Assembly (NCBI RefSeq): GCF_001194135.2
Contig: NC_069002.1
Coordinates: forward strand, 13,763,580 to 13,827,579
Length of the DNA stretch: 64,000 nucleotides
From: Octopus bimaculoides
Lineage: Eukaryota
Direction of reading: 5' to 3'
Under the pieces are notes generated by a model, which was not told the origin of the DNA, did no database searches, and saw only the letters and a program-made list of their open reading frames with translations. Below, piece after piece: positions 11,821-24,643 of the stretch. Numbering within the stretch: the stretch's first letter is position 1; each line of letters starts with the position of its first letter. A program made the translations under genes and the position numbers.

Positions 11821-13023
11821 GCCTAGACATTACTGAATAGTGTTTATATTTCCACTTTCAGTTCATCACAATATGCAGGCCAGATCCAAAACCTGGACAT
11901 TGGGGGGAGATGGGACTGCCCAAAAAATGTAAAACACAAGTAGATTAAAGAAAAATTCATTATATTTAAAGAGTGAAGAATATCAGGAGCTGCCAAAATG
12001 ATGCTTGATGGTTGGATGCGGCCCTGGGAGCTGCAAACGAGAACTGCTCACCCAGACATTACTTAACATTACTTCCACTTTAAACTGAAAGAATGCCTCT
12101 TACAAAGATAACACATTTTCAAAATTCCATGTTTTATTAGGATAGGTCTTCCACTGTCACTAGACTTGTCTATTATATCACCCTTTTCCAGTTAGAGGTT
12201 AAAAATCTAAAAATTAACCTTGGCCATTAATTAGGACGTCAGGTTTACACAAGAATCTCTTATTTCACTTTCATTTGAAACTCTGAGACTACAATTAATA
12301 AAAAAAAACCCTCGTGCTGTATGGGGATTGTCTATTAATAAAGTCTTATTGTTATTTTCACAAACAGCCATATCACCGAATTTTGTGACAACACAAATTA
12401 TGAGTTAATATTCTAGAAATAACTTCCTATGTAGCACCTTGAAGATGTTCATTCAAACAATGAAATAATACTGTGAAATGAATAAGCACTATTTATGAAA
12501 ATGCTGGTATGTGTGTGCATCCCTGGTAATTTTTTTTTTAATATAACAAAACAGTATAAAAACATAGATTGCAAAGCTTAATTCAATAATGAAGGAATGA
12601 CAGGTGTTATAGAGCATACTGATAACCCAGTCACCTGGCAATTTAGAGATAACGGTTTGGGTCCTGTCTGTGAACCTTGTTCACTCACCGGTCCTAAGGT
12701 TATGCTGACAATGTCTGTCATTTTAAATTGAACGTCTTTGCAGTTTATCTGTAAAAGTACATATGCATGATATTGAGATATCATAAGTGTGTGTGTGTTG
12801 TGTGATCATCATCATCATTTTAACATCCACTTTTATATGCTCGCATGAGCCAGATGAGATTTGTCGAGGGAGATTTTCTACAGCTGGATGCTCTTCCTGT
12901 TGCCACACTTCACTTGTTTCCATGTAAGGTAATATTTTTCCCATGGCTGGATGTGTTTTAACAGAGGATTGCAAATGAAGGACACCACTTGTATGACAGT
13001 GATGTTCATTGGCAACTATCAGG

Positions 13024-13335
13024 TGATGGCTTAATGGTTAGTGTATTCAGCTTACAGTTGTAAGGTCATGAGTTCAATTCCAGGCAGTACATGGTGCCCA
13101 TGAACAAGGCACTTTATTTCACGTTGCTCTTGTCCACTCAGCCAGCAAAAGTGAGTTGTACCTGTAATTCAAAGGGTCAGCCTTGTCATATTCTGTGTCA
13201 TGCTGAATCTCCCCGAGAACTACATTAAGGGTACACATGTCTGTGGAGTACTCAGCCACTTTCACGTTAATTTCACAAGAAGGCTGTTCCATTGATCAGA
13301 TCAACCGGAACCCTCATTGTTATAACTGATAGAGA
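13024..13335 (+). mobile_element. SINE family E
   Basis: As 1700-2018. Other copies at about 2550-2680 (+), 40350-40590 (-) and 45021-45300 (-). Confidence 0.78.
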
Positions 13336-13699
13336 ATGAGGTCTTGTCAAGACAAAGACACACAGACAGACAGACACAAGCACACAACGGGATTCTTTTG
13401 CTTCCATCAGCCAAATTCACAAGGCTTTGGTTAACCCAAAGCTTATAGCAGGACACTTACCTAAGATGCTACACAAAGGGACCAAACCTGGAACCATGTG
13501 TTTGGGAAGCAGTCCTGGGGCATTATGGGAAGGAAGGAATCTTTTGTAATGTTTGTTCTGAGTTGTGGAATATACTTAAACAGATAAAAGAAGAATAAAC
13601 ACGAAAACCCTCTTCACATTATTTTCTGCGTATTGGATGAAATAACACAACGTGGTGTCAGCGATAACAAACAAGGTAAGAAAAGCTGTTTCACCATGT

Positions 13700-14200
13700 T
13701 TGGTTTAAGTTGTGAAATGGTTGCTGTGGACTATTACTCTGTGTATGTTGAGATAGTGAACCTTGCCTTCACTTGGTTCACTGATATCACAGCTCATCCC
13801 AGATCAATATTTGTATGTCATGGAATGCCCTGGTAACAGGGTTGCAATTCTTATCTGACACATTCTCAATTTTTATTATAATATGATTCAAAATAGTACA
13901 AAATCAACAGAAGACAGAGACAAGCCAAGGGGACATTTTGAGCCTACACTTTACTGCAGAATGGAATAAAGAGAAAAATCAGATGGAGAGATGAAAGAAA
14001 CTGGAAAGAAAAAGTGTCTGGAATGACGATCACTACCACTCCACCCGGATTACCACTGAAGTTTTATACTTCTCAGATTCTACCATCCTGGATCTTACTG
14101 TACACTGTTGTTGATCTTTATTATAATATATGGATTTGCTCACATGGCCAGCAATGGAGCCACTGAACGTGCAGTTCAGAATGCAAAGTATCTCAAAATC
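13700..14200 (+). mobile_element. Ty3/Gypsy integrase relic
   Basis: AVDYYSVYVEIVNL...AHPRSIFVCHGMP and ASNGATERAVQNAK match the rve motifs VDYYSRYIE, HLKSIFARHGIP and SNGxAERAVQ. Confidence 0.6.
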
Positions 14201-14479
14201 AATTTAATATTCACCTTTCCATTCTTCCCTGGATCACACAGGGTTTATTAAGACAAATTTTCTATGACTGGATGCTCTTCTTGTTGCCAACCCTCACCTC
14301 TTTCCATGCAAGGTACTATTTCCCTAATGGCTAAACTTTTTCCACAAAAGGCTGCAAATAACCAACATCAATTATATGATGGTGATTCTCATTTTCAGAC
14401 ATCACGTTGCCTAGATAAGGGTACACTCACCCCATACATATATATGGATGTGTATATATATATGTGTAAGGACTTTCGA

Positions 14480-14766
14480 GCGAGATCGTTGCCAGTGCCC
14501 CTGGACTGGCTCTTGTGCAGGTGGCACATAAAATACACCATTTTGAGCGTGGCCGTTGCCAGTACCTCCTGACTGGCCCTTGTGCTGGTGGCACGTAAAA
14601 GCACCCACTACACTCTCGGAGTGGTTGGCGTTAGGAAGGGCATCCAGCTGTAGAAACTCTACCAAATCAGATTGGAGCCTGGTGTAGCCATCTGGTTTCA
14701 CCAGTCCTCAGTTAAATCGTCCAACCCATGCTAGCACGGAAAGCGGACGTTAAACGATGATGATGA

Positions 14767-14768
<2 letters not shown>
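14480..14768 (+). mobile_element. RTE LINE 3' UTR fragment
   Basis: Matches the 3' ends of the 53343 and 56941 RTE copies; (GAT)n tail. Similar fragments at about 8774-8950, 12800-13010, 18640-18792, 20578-20930, 23650-23900, 24010-24295, 25955-26245, 40620-40830, 47440-47560, 53185-53340 and 54713-54960. Confidence 0.82.
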
Positions 14769-14820
<52 letters not shown>

Positions 14821-14932
14821 TAGGTTTCTCTCACGTTTTGTTTACCAAATCTACTCACAAAGCTTTGGTCAGGAGCTACAGTAGGAGAGCACATGGTTAC
14901 AAAGCAGGCTCTAAACCAGTCACATGTGCATC

Positions 14933-15138
14933 TACGAGAGGGTGCTCAAAAGTTGCTGACTTTAAAGGTATCATAAAAAGCCTGGTTGGAGGCCCAGTCT
15001 CCTGAGTTCTTTTACAGGGCTTAGGAAAATTGAAAAACCACTGCAATAAGTGTGTGAATCTGAGAGGGGAATATCATAATTAACTGACCCTCCTGTATTT
15101 TCTTTTACTCAGAGCCAGGAACTTCTCAGCATCCCCTC

Positions 15139-15141
<3 letters not shown>
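14933..15141 (+). mobile_element. Mariner-derived MITE, same family
   Basis: TA-flanked TIRs; interior like 2083-2296 (GLRKLKNHCNKCVNLRG). Confidence 0.8.
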
Positions 15142-15178
<37 letters not shown>

Positions 15179-15807
15179 ATCTGTAGTAGAAACTTCTCCA
15201 AGTGAAAATGAAACTGTCCAGGTTGATTTTAAAAGCTTCCACACCATAAGAGAAGTAATGTAACTAAAATTGAAACCAAAATCACTTAAAGCTTCAGTCT
15301 GCCGGAAGCTTTTTGTCCCCAGTCACTTCTAAATCAGGAAATGAGTCATTGAAATACATAGTTTGTCATGATTACAAAGGTTGATTCAATTACAGATTAG
15401 ACTGACGCTGTTTTATCTAATAATAACTCTGTTACAAATAGCATTTATTGTCCACAAGATAACAGGTTTCACAAGAGAAATGGTTATTATCTTCCAGACA
15501 TCCTCATAATTTTTAAAGTACCCAATGATTTCCTGTTAACTTGATATAGAATGACCTTCTTGTTCAATTTTATATATGGGCACAGATGTGTGGTTAAGAA
15601 GTTTGCTTCTCAACCATGTAGTTTTGTGTTTGTTCCCACTGCATGGTACCTTGGGCAAGTGTCTTCTACTATGGTCTTGGGCCAGCCAAAGCCGTGTGAG
15701 TGAATTTAGCAGGTAGAAACTTGAAGAAGCCCATTGTGTGTGTGTGTATTAGAAATAAACAATGAAGACAGAATAGTTGGCTTATATGGAAATCTTTAAT
15801 GAGATAT

Positions 15808-16189
15808 GCACAGGAGTGGCTGTGTGGTAAGTAGCTTGCTTACCAACCACATGGTTCCGGGTTCAGTCCCACTGCGTGGCACCTTGGGCAAGTGTCTTCT
15901 ACTATAGCCTCGGGCCGACCAAAGCCTTGTGAGTGGATCTGGAAGACAGAAACTGAAAGAAGCCCGTCGTATATATATATATATGTATGTGTGTTTGCCC
16001 CCCCCCCCCACCATCGCTTGACAACTGATGCTGGTGTGTTTACATCCCCCGTAACTTAGCGGTTCGGCAAAAAGAGACTGATAGAATAAGTACTAGGCTT
16101 ACAAAGAAGAAGTCCTGGGGTCGATTTGCTCAACTAAAGGCGGTGCTCCAGCATGGCAGCAGTCAAATGACTGAAACAAGTAGAAGAGT
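15808..16189 (+). mobile_element. SINE family A, full length
   Basis: Head to tail; a partial copy precedes it at about 15575-15745. Confidence 0.88.
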
Positions 16190-16985
16190 AAATATCTGTG
16201 TGCATGTCCTTGCCTTGACATCATATGATAGTTGGGAATGAGTGTTGTTCTCATGTGAAAAATGTCTTTTATTTCCAGTCTTCCATAAAAATATGCCTGG
16301 TTATGGAGAATATTACCTTATTTGGAAACAGGATGAGCAACTGGCTGGAAAAATATCTACTTCAACAAATTCTGTCTGACCCATGCAAGCGTGGAAAAGT
16401 GGACATTAAATGATGATGACACCCTTATGAATGAAAATTACAACACTGACAATTCAATAATTGATTGATTTATAAAAGGAAAAAGGTCGTCTTTTGACTA
16501 CACTTAATATTAGTTGGAACTACAATAGATAAACAGTCAACATAACAAAATAACTCCATGTTATATGCAGTGGTAGTGACAGTGTTGTCGTTTAGCCCTA
16601 GGTCAGTCCTGATCAAAGACGTTCCAGCCATGACCATTTCATCTATCTCTATATCAGAACTTATATTTTAATATATATCCTTCATGTAGCAGTTCCAGAG
16701 ATTGGTGGTGGTGATAGTAATGCTGATGATGGTGGTGGAAGTAATGATGGTAGCAGTGTTAGCTGTGGTGGTGACGATTATGATGATTGCCAGTCAAATT
16801 TGTCAATGTTTTGAGCTCATACCAACCCCCATCTAAAAATGAGTGTGTTCATGGAAATTTGGTTGCTTTTTCTTGTAAATCAAGCAACAGCATAGAGGTT
16901 TCATTTTGGTTTATCTCGTGCTTTATCACGATTCAGCAAAATTAGCCACAGGCATCATTTATATAAAGAAAATATAAGTCATGCT

Positions 16986-17353
16986 GTTGTTGTTGGCACT
17001 CCGTCGCTTACGATGTCGAGGGTTCCAGTTGATCCGATCAACAGAACAGCCTGCTCGTGAAATTATCAACGTGCAAGTGGCTAAGCACTCCACAGACACG
17101 TGTACCCTTAACGTAGTTCTCGGGGATATTCAGCGTGATAAGGCTGACCCTTTGAATTACAGGTACAAAAGAAACAGGAAGTAAGAGTGAGAGAAAGAGT
17201 ACAGCAGGGTTCGCCACCACCCCCTGCCGGAGCCTCATGGAGCTTTAGGTGTTTTCGCTCAATAAACACTCACAACGCCCGAGCTGGGAATCGAAACTGC
17301 GATCCTATGACTGTGAGTCCGCTGCCCTAACCACTGGGCCATTGCGCCTCCAC
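16986..17353 (-). mobile_element. SINE family B
   Basis: 12-bp TSD ATAAGTCATGCT. Confidence 0.9.
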
Positions 17354-17605
17354 ATAAGTCATGCTACAGCTGTCATATTTAACATAATGAGGAAATCAAA
17401 TATATTTATTAATACTTATGCTGTAAGGAGGGTAAAACAGTGCAATGGTTAATATTAATTTGACTGTAATGAGCTGAAATCCTCTTAAACATAGCATACT
17501 AATTAAGGAAGCAGTGTCATTATGCCTGCACCTAATAAAGTTGATGGTTTTTCACATATCCTCTGTACATGTCACATCCGGCTATGATCAAATGACATTG
17601 CAGTG

Positions 17606-17639
<34 letters not shown>

Positions 17640-17641
<2 letters not shown>

Positions 17642-18600
17642 TTTATTCTTGTACTTGTTTCAGTCATTTGACTGGCCATGCTGGGGCACTGCCTCAAGGA
17701 CTTTTTAGTCTAAGAAATTGACCCTAGAACTTATTCTATCCATCTCTTTTGCCAGACTGCTAGGCTACAGGCACGCAAACACACCGACATTGGTTGTCAA
17801 GTGATGGTGGGTGGGGGGGACAAACATAGACGTACAAGCATAAAGATATATATATATATATATATATGTATTTTTCAGCTTCCATCTATAAAATCCACTC
17901 ACAAGGCTTTGATTAGCTTGAGGCTATAGTAGAAGACACTTGCCCAAGGTACGTACCATGGAGTGTGATTGAACCCAGAACCATGTGGTTGGGAAGCAAG
18001 CTTCATGCCACACAGCTGTGCCTGTGCCCACAAATATATCTTTTATCTTTTACTTGTTTCAGTCATTAGACTGCGGCCATACTGGGGCACTGCCTTGAAA
18101 ATTTTTTAGTTGAATGAACCAACCCCAGCACTTATTATTTTAGCCTGGTACTTATTCTATCGGTATCTTTTGCTGAACCGCTAAGCTGTGGAGAAATAAA
18201 CACACCAACACTGGTTATCAAGCGGTGGTGAAGGACAAACACGTGTGTGTATATTCTTTTACTTGTTTGTCCTTTGTCTGCAGACATGCTGGAGCACTGC
18301 CTCTAGTCGAGCAAATTGACCCCCGGACTTATTCTTTGTAAGCCTAGTACTTATTCTATTGGTCTCTTTTGCCAAACTGCTGTTACGGGGACATAAACAC
18401 ACCAGCATCGGATGTCAAGTGATGTTGGGGGGACAAACACACATACATATATATACGATGGGCTTCTTTCAGTTTCTGTCTTCCAAATCCGCTCACAAGG
18501 CTCTGGTCGGCCCAAGGCTATATAGAAGGCACTTGCCCAAGGTGCCATGCAGTGACACTGAACCCGGAACCATGGTTGTTAAGCAAGCTACTACGACACA
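17640..18600 (-). mobile_element. Cluster of three SINE family A copies
   Basis: Tails (TCTTTTACTTGTTT) start at about 17640, 18045 and 18255. Confidence 0.8.
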
Positions 18601-18980
18601 GACACACTTGCACCTATATATATATATATATATATATATGAAAAACATTCGAGCGAGGATGTTGCCAGTGCCGCTGGACTGGCTCCTGTGCAGGTGGCAC
18701 GTAAAAAACACCATTTTGAGTGTGGCCGTTGCCAGTACCACCTGACTGGCCTTCGTGCCGTTGTCTCGTAAAAGCACCCACTACACTCTCGGACACAGAC
18801 AAATAGAAATTTCAAAATGTATAATGACGAGATTATTAGCGGGTTTCTTTCTGTGGTGCTTCCATGTAAAAAAAATCCAATACTATCATCTCATCATTAT
18901 TTCAACTAAATATTTATTGAACTCTGAAGAACCTTGAAAATTTACTTGTTTATCAAACTATGTGTTTTCCCCCCTGTACA

Positions 18981-19530
18981 GGTGTGAGAGCAGGACCTTT
19001 TATTGGTGCCATATCAGTCAACTGAAAGCATTTCATATCAGATTGCTCCAAAGCATCCTCAGTCTCACATAGCAGGACAAGGTGCCTCATACTGAAATCC
19101 TCCTGAGGGCAGGGATCTATAGCATCCTTTGTTGTCTTCTCTGTTGGGTTAGTCATGCGATTCAGATGCTGGGTAACTGGCTCCCAAAGATGGTTCTCTT
19201 CAGTGAAACCAAGACTGGGAGTAGGCCACATTGACATCCAAAAGTTCGTTTTCATGATCATCTCAAGTGGGCTCTCTTTTTATGTGGTGTCCCTCCCAAT
19301 CAGTGGAGCTCCTGGCTGATTATCACAAGGCATGGAGGTTTGTATAATGCTTGAGGAGAGCACTTTGAAACCAAATGCAGGAAACTGCATGAAGAGAGCA
19401 GGAGACGTTGTCATCAACACCTGCGGCTGTTGTTCAGGGTCACTTTCAGTGCTCTCAGTGCAGGAGGATCTGCTTATTTCATATTGGTCTTGTCAACCAC
19501 ATCAGTTCCCATGAGAAACAATGTACTGCA
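18981..19530 (+). mobile_element. Second RTE lineage (BovB-like ORF2 C-terminus), degenerate
   Basis: GCESRTFY..ISQLKAFHIRLLQSIL...DKVPHTEILLRAGI...LPKMVLF...RFHDHLK and a terminal C..C...HIGL.NHI.SH motif. Confidence 0.75.
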
Positions 19531-20168
19531 GGTAAAGGAGGATGAATTTCTTGGATTGATGCTGTTATCACCCTTTGATGCGCCGTCATGAGGAAGTAAA
19601 TATTCATTGAATCCCTTAAGGGCTCTGGATATTTACACTGGATTCTTTGTACATGGTTTAAGAAGACAAGAATAATGCTAGAATTCTAATTAAAAATGCA
19701 GGACTTGACGAATGTGTTATTCCTTATTTTACATCATTTCATATCTACTTTCCCATACTTGCATGATGAAAATATGTTGGGAAAGAGCTTTCTAAGGCTG
19801 GATGCCATTCCTATTGCCAACCCCCACCCGTTTCCTAGTGAGGCAATAATCTCCCAGTCTACTGAACTGTTTGAACATGCTTATGTGGAGAACTGGAAAC
19901 AAAGATTGAAATGAGGTTTTTGTATATAAAGATTACACATGTCAAGAAATCTGGATATTCTTTAATAGTGGACTGCAAGTTGTTAGATTGTAGAAATGGT
20001 TTTCTCTAACAATTAAATTTTATTAGTCCACATTAACACGAAACAAGGTTGAGCCATTGCAGAGGGTAACCTTGCAAAGAAATCCTACAATAACCAAGAA
20101 AGCAGAGATATCTTCAAGCAAATAACAAGGATGAGAAAAAAGAACATTTTGTACAATTTTATAGCTTT

Positions 20169-20307
20169 TTAAAATTCCATTATTTCAGAATCTGGCTTCA
20201 ATTGTTGTGTTTCAACATGAACAGTCTTTGGAGCAATATAGGAACCCATACCAGCCGCTCTTTCAGCTTCTGCCTGACTATAAGGTTCAGTTTTCAATTC
20301 CTTAATT
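20169..20307 (-). CDS. ZNF593: ZNF593 exon 3 (terminal)
   Basis: ttttatttgcag acceptor; [26 protein letters not shown]...MEF-stop, containing the conserved '[14 protein letters not shown]'. Total 133 aa. Confidence 0.95.
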
Positions 20308-20764
20308 CTGCAAATAAAATAAAAACAAAAGCTTCAACTAAAATATAGTGAGTAGTGAGAGACATCAACTGAGCCCCACCCCCACCACTTTTCCTTGTAC
20401 TATCAGTATTCTATTGAAGTAGAAAGTAACTCTGAACCCTCTAAGGGACAACGATTTTTTTTAGGTACAAAAATAAATTACTGTTATGCAGAAAACTAAA
20501 TTCTCTTAAAAGCAGACTGCACTTTACATTTAGATTACATTTAGATATACAATGTCTATTTATTCACTTTGTTTTCGATTATCATCATCATCATTTAGTG
20601 CCTGTAGTCCATGCTGGCATGGGTTGGATGGTTTGACCAGAGGTGGTAAGCTGAGGAGCTGCACTAGGCTCCAGTCTGATTTGCATGGTTTCTATGGCTG
20701 GATGCCTTTCCTAACACCAAGCACTTTACAGAGTGAGCTGGGTGGTTTTACATTGTACTACATG

Positions 20765-20925
20765 AGTGCTTTTATGTGACACTGCACAGGTACTTTTATG
20801 TGACACTACACAGGTGCTTTTATGTGACACTGCACAGGTACTTTTATGTGACACTGCACAAGCACTTTTACGTGGCACAAGTGCCTTTACATGACATCGC
20901 ATAGGTACTTTTTCATGGCACTGCA
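20765..20925 (+). repeat. 24-bp tandem array ((G/A)CTTTTATGTGACACTGCACAGGT) in an RTE 3' UTR copy
   Basis: About 6 units that decay distally. Confidence 0.85.
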
Positions 20926-22032
20926 TAGCTTTGAGATTTCAAATGATGTGATTGTTTATTTTTAGAATGATATTGTAGGGAGTGTTGAGAGGCCAGATTT
21001 GGCCAGGTTGAACATAGAACAGAATACTGGGCCAGATATGGTTAATTTAAAAGCTAAAGATCTGTCCAAACTCAGGGTCTTCCCCAACGGTATTCAATCA
21101 AAAGGGATATATTGTGTATTAATTCTTCTGCAGTCCTTTGCTCCTATGAAGCATAAGCAATTAACGATTTTCCCACAATTCTCTTTCTTAGCAGCTTCCT
21201 TTCACATTTTGCTGCATCACACCATGTTTCCCTGAGGAAAGACTTTCCTCTCCTAAGTCTTCTTGGTTTTGATTGACATCAATGCTTCTGTAACTTCGAT
21301 TTTTTTTTCTAGAGAGAAGTGTTGGCACTATGCAAATCCATTTTTACCTCTGGGTAGAGTGGTCCATGTCAGTCTAGTGACCTATCCAGATGAGAGGCCC
21401 CTACCAAGAACTTGCACTCCAATGGCATAGCACTTTGAGTTATTGAGATACACAAGCAACAACACTGCAACGAGGACAGGACCTTGTGGTAGATTATGCA
21501 TTGTTTAGTTCATATGAATTCAAATCTACAATGAAATGAGAAAGACGAATCTACGTCCCACATTTATGAAGAGGTAGAGAATCTGTAATTGTTGGCTCAG
21601 CAGTAAGAGCCCCTTATGACAATATATGTAAGTAAACACTGGGAGTTAAAATATAAGACTGCCATTGCAAAAAACAACCAGTAAAGTACTGTTTCAAGTT
21701 TTAATTTTTTTCGTTTTTCGTTATCCTTTATTGTTTCTAAAACATTCATAAACAGTTTGTGCCAGACTTTAAATCTACAGTGTTAAACGAAGTAACGGCC
21801 ACTAACCAACAAAATTCAAATTAAACCTGTAACTTTTATCTCCCTTAGACAAGAAGACAAAGTCAACTAGTTTGACTGAATTCCTCCCCTGTCGCAACAC
21901 GCACACACATCACGAATTAAATAAATTTTCTATTACGTCGTTTAAAAGTACATACTGGGAGATAACTCTGCGAAAAAAAAGTTGTAAGAGCTAATTGAAG
22001 ATTTTGATTCACCTCATCCCTTCTGTTACTCT

Positions 22033-22386
22033 GTTGTTGTTGGCACTCCGTCGAGGGTTCCAGTTGATCATATCAACGGAACAGCCTGCTCGTGAAATTA
22101 ACGTGCAAGTGGCTGAGCACTCCACAGACACGTGTACCCTTAACGTAATTCTCGGGGATATTCAGCGTGACACAGTGTGACAAGGCTGACCCTTTGAATT
22201 ACAGGCACAACAGAAATAGGAAGTAAGAGTGAGAGAAAGTTGTGGTGAAAGAGTACGGCAGGGTTCGCCACCATCCCCTGCCGGAGCCTCATGGAGCTTT
22301 AGGTGTTTTCGCTCAAATAAACACTCACAACGCGATCCTATGACCGCGAGTCCGCTGCCCTAACCACTGGGCCATTGCGCCTCCAC
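22033..22386 (-). mobile_element. SINE family B, in ZNF593 intron 2
   Basis: 11-bp TSD TCTGTTACTCT. Confidence 0.9.
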
Positions 22387-22882
22387 TCTGTTACTCTATT
22401 TCTGTTGAAATACATAGCCTTTGTTTCAACTAATTTTGAAATAATGAATTTAGTAAAATAATTTTGTCATTATTAAGCCGGTATTCAGAACAAAATAGCA
22501 GGGAAGGTTTTAATTTAAATTGCTTTAAAACGGGAAGTTTGCATCATAGAACCGGTTTCAAGTGGGTTTATATGAAAACGGTTAAATATACTATCAGATA
22601 TCTTTTCATTCACCAATGATAAGCAGCAATGAGTTACCATCATAGATTTGTTTAAACAGGTCTGACTCATTCGAATGCTTTGTTTAAGAATAAAATTTTA
22701 AATCTACTTCCTCCATCTAAGCTGACTGAAATATTCCATTCCCATGTAGTGAAAAATTTTGGTAAGAGCTGATTGTGTGACCTCCAGTATATTACAGGTA
22801 CTTATTTCTTTGAACAGATGATAGGCTAAATAAAAACTCCACTAAAATATGAACTCATGAAAAAGCAGAATCAAACTAAATA

Positions 22883-23326
22883 GTGTTCTATATTTAAGAG
22901 ATGAGGAATTATGTACATTATTTGCAATTGACAGATATTTGTCCTCATCGTGTTTGTTGTTGACACATTTTGGCTGATATACCCTCCAGCCTTCATCAGG
23001 TGTCTTGGGGAAATTTCGAACCTGGGTTCTCATTCCTAAGGATAAGAGAATATTAGATTTATAAGCCCTAAAATTCACACCAGAATTGCCCATGGGCATA
23101 TGGCGTAGTGGTTAGAGCACAGGCTACTAATCCAAGATTCCGAGTTCGATTCCAGGTAGTGACCTGAATAATAATAATAACAACATTGAAAAATACCTTA
23201 GGAATGAGAGCCCAGGTTTGAAATTTCTCCAAGACACCTGATGAAGGCTGGAGGGTATATCAGCTGAAACGTTATGTTAACAACAAACAAGATGATGACA
23301 AATATCCGTCAATTGCAAATAATGTA
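22883..23326 (+). mobile_element. Non-autonomous Penelope-like element with tRNA-type Pol III head and an inverted terminal copy
   Basis: About 130-bp inverted arms (22914-23041 and 23196-23326); A box 23101-23111 and B box about 23143-23153 in the spacer; AAACTAAATA on both flanks. Confidence 0.65.
23233..23278 (+). ncRNA. Minimal type I hammerhead ribozyme motif (Penelope-like)
   Basis: GACAC-CTGATGA-A-GGCTG(10-nt loop)CAGCT-GAAA-C-GTT-ATGTT: intact core, 5-bp stem II, ACGT palindromic stem III, one mismatch in stem I. Confidence 0.7.
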
Positions 23327-24580
23327 AACTAAATATTGGTTCCAAATTTTTGGCACAAGGCCAGCAATTTCAGGGGAGGAGGGTAAATTGATTATATCGA
23401 CCCCAGTGTGCAACTGGTACTTATTTTATCGACCCCTAAAGGATGAAAGGCAAAGTCAACCTTGGCAGAATTTGAACACAGAACGTGAAGACAAACGAAA
23501 TGCTGCTAAGCATTTTCTGCCAGCTTGACATCTCGGAATTAAACTAAATATTGTAACATTTTTTAGTCTGGTAATGTTACTGTAGCAACTCATTATCCTC
23601 AAAGTATATCTAAAACACAACATCCATAGAATGATTTCAACAAAGACCTCATCATCATCATCATTTACCGTCCACTTTCCATGCTAGCATGGGTTGGACG
23701 ATTTGACTGAGGACTGGTGAACCAGATGGCTGCACCAGGCTCCAATCTGATCTGGCAGAGATTCTACAGCTGGATGCCCTTCCTAACGCCAACCACTCCG
23801 AGAGTGTAGTGGGTGCTTTTACGTGCCACCAGCACGAGGCTCACTCTGGCGGTACTGGCAACGGCTATGCTCAAAATGGTGTTTTTTTACGTGCCACCTG
23901 TGTTTTAAAATCTCAAATCACCAAGAATTACAGTAAAGGAAGTAATGAACATCATCATAAAGAGTAAATTGAGTCTATAATCTGGATGTGATAGCAACTG
24001 CCTGTAAATACCCTTAGATCATCATCATTGTTTAATGTCCACTTTTCCATACTTGCATGGGTCATATGGAGTTTACTGAGGTGGATTTTCTATAGCCAGA
24101 TGTCCTTCCTGGTGCCAACCAGGTTTCCAAGCAAAGAAATATTTCTCCATGGCTAAACATCATCATATAACGTCTGTTGTCCATGCTGACATGGGTTGGA
24201 CGGTTTGACCAGGACTGGTAAGCTGAGGGGCTGCACCAGATTCCAGTCTGATTTGGCATGGTTTCTATGGCTGGATGCCCTTCCTAATGCCACTTGGCAG
24301 AATGTTGGTCAAGACAAGGAAACACAAATATACACACACATGATGGGCTTCTTGCATTTTCCATGCTTGACCCAATTCACTCACAAGGCTTCAGTTGGCC
24401 CGGGGGTTTAGTAGATGACAATTGCCTAAGGTACCCCGCAGTGGAACCGAACCAAAAAACAATGTTTGGAAAGCAAACTTCCATGATTAATTCTACCACT
24501 AATCATACCCTCACCAACTAAAATTCACCTGGAACAGTAATAAATAAACAAACAAATAATACAATAAAACACCAACTTAC

Positions 24581-24643
24581 CTCCGTTTATGGGGTTTGCC
24601 TCTAAAATGTTCTTTCATGGCAAAATTGCTGATGAAATATTTC
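24581..24643 (-). CDS. ZNF593: ZNF593 exon 2 (63 nt)
   Basis: ttctacag acceptor and gtaag donor; (S)KYFISNFAMKEHFRGKPHKR(R) completes the C2H2 finger; phases match both neighbours. Confidence 0.93.

Noticed and set aside
18953-19261. 102-aa minus-strand ORF
   Set aside because: Antisense of the decayed RTE on the + strand.
23095-23165. tRNA gene call
   Set aside because: A and B boxes are present but there is no convincing acceptor stem or cloverleaf; treated as a SINE-type head. The same applies to the SINE A, B, D and E heads.
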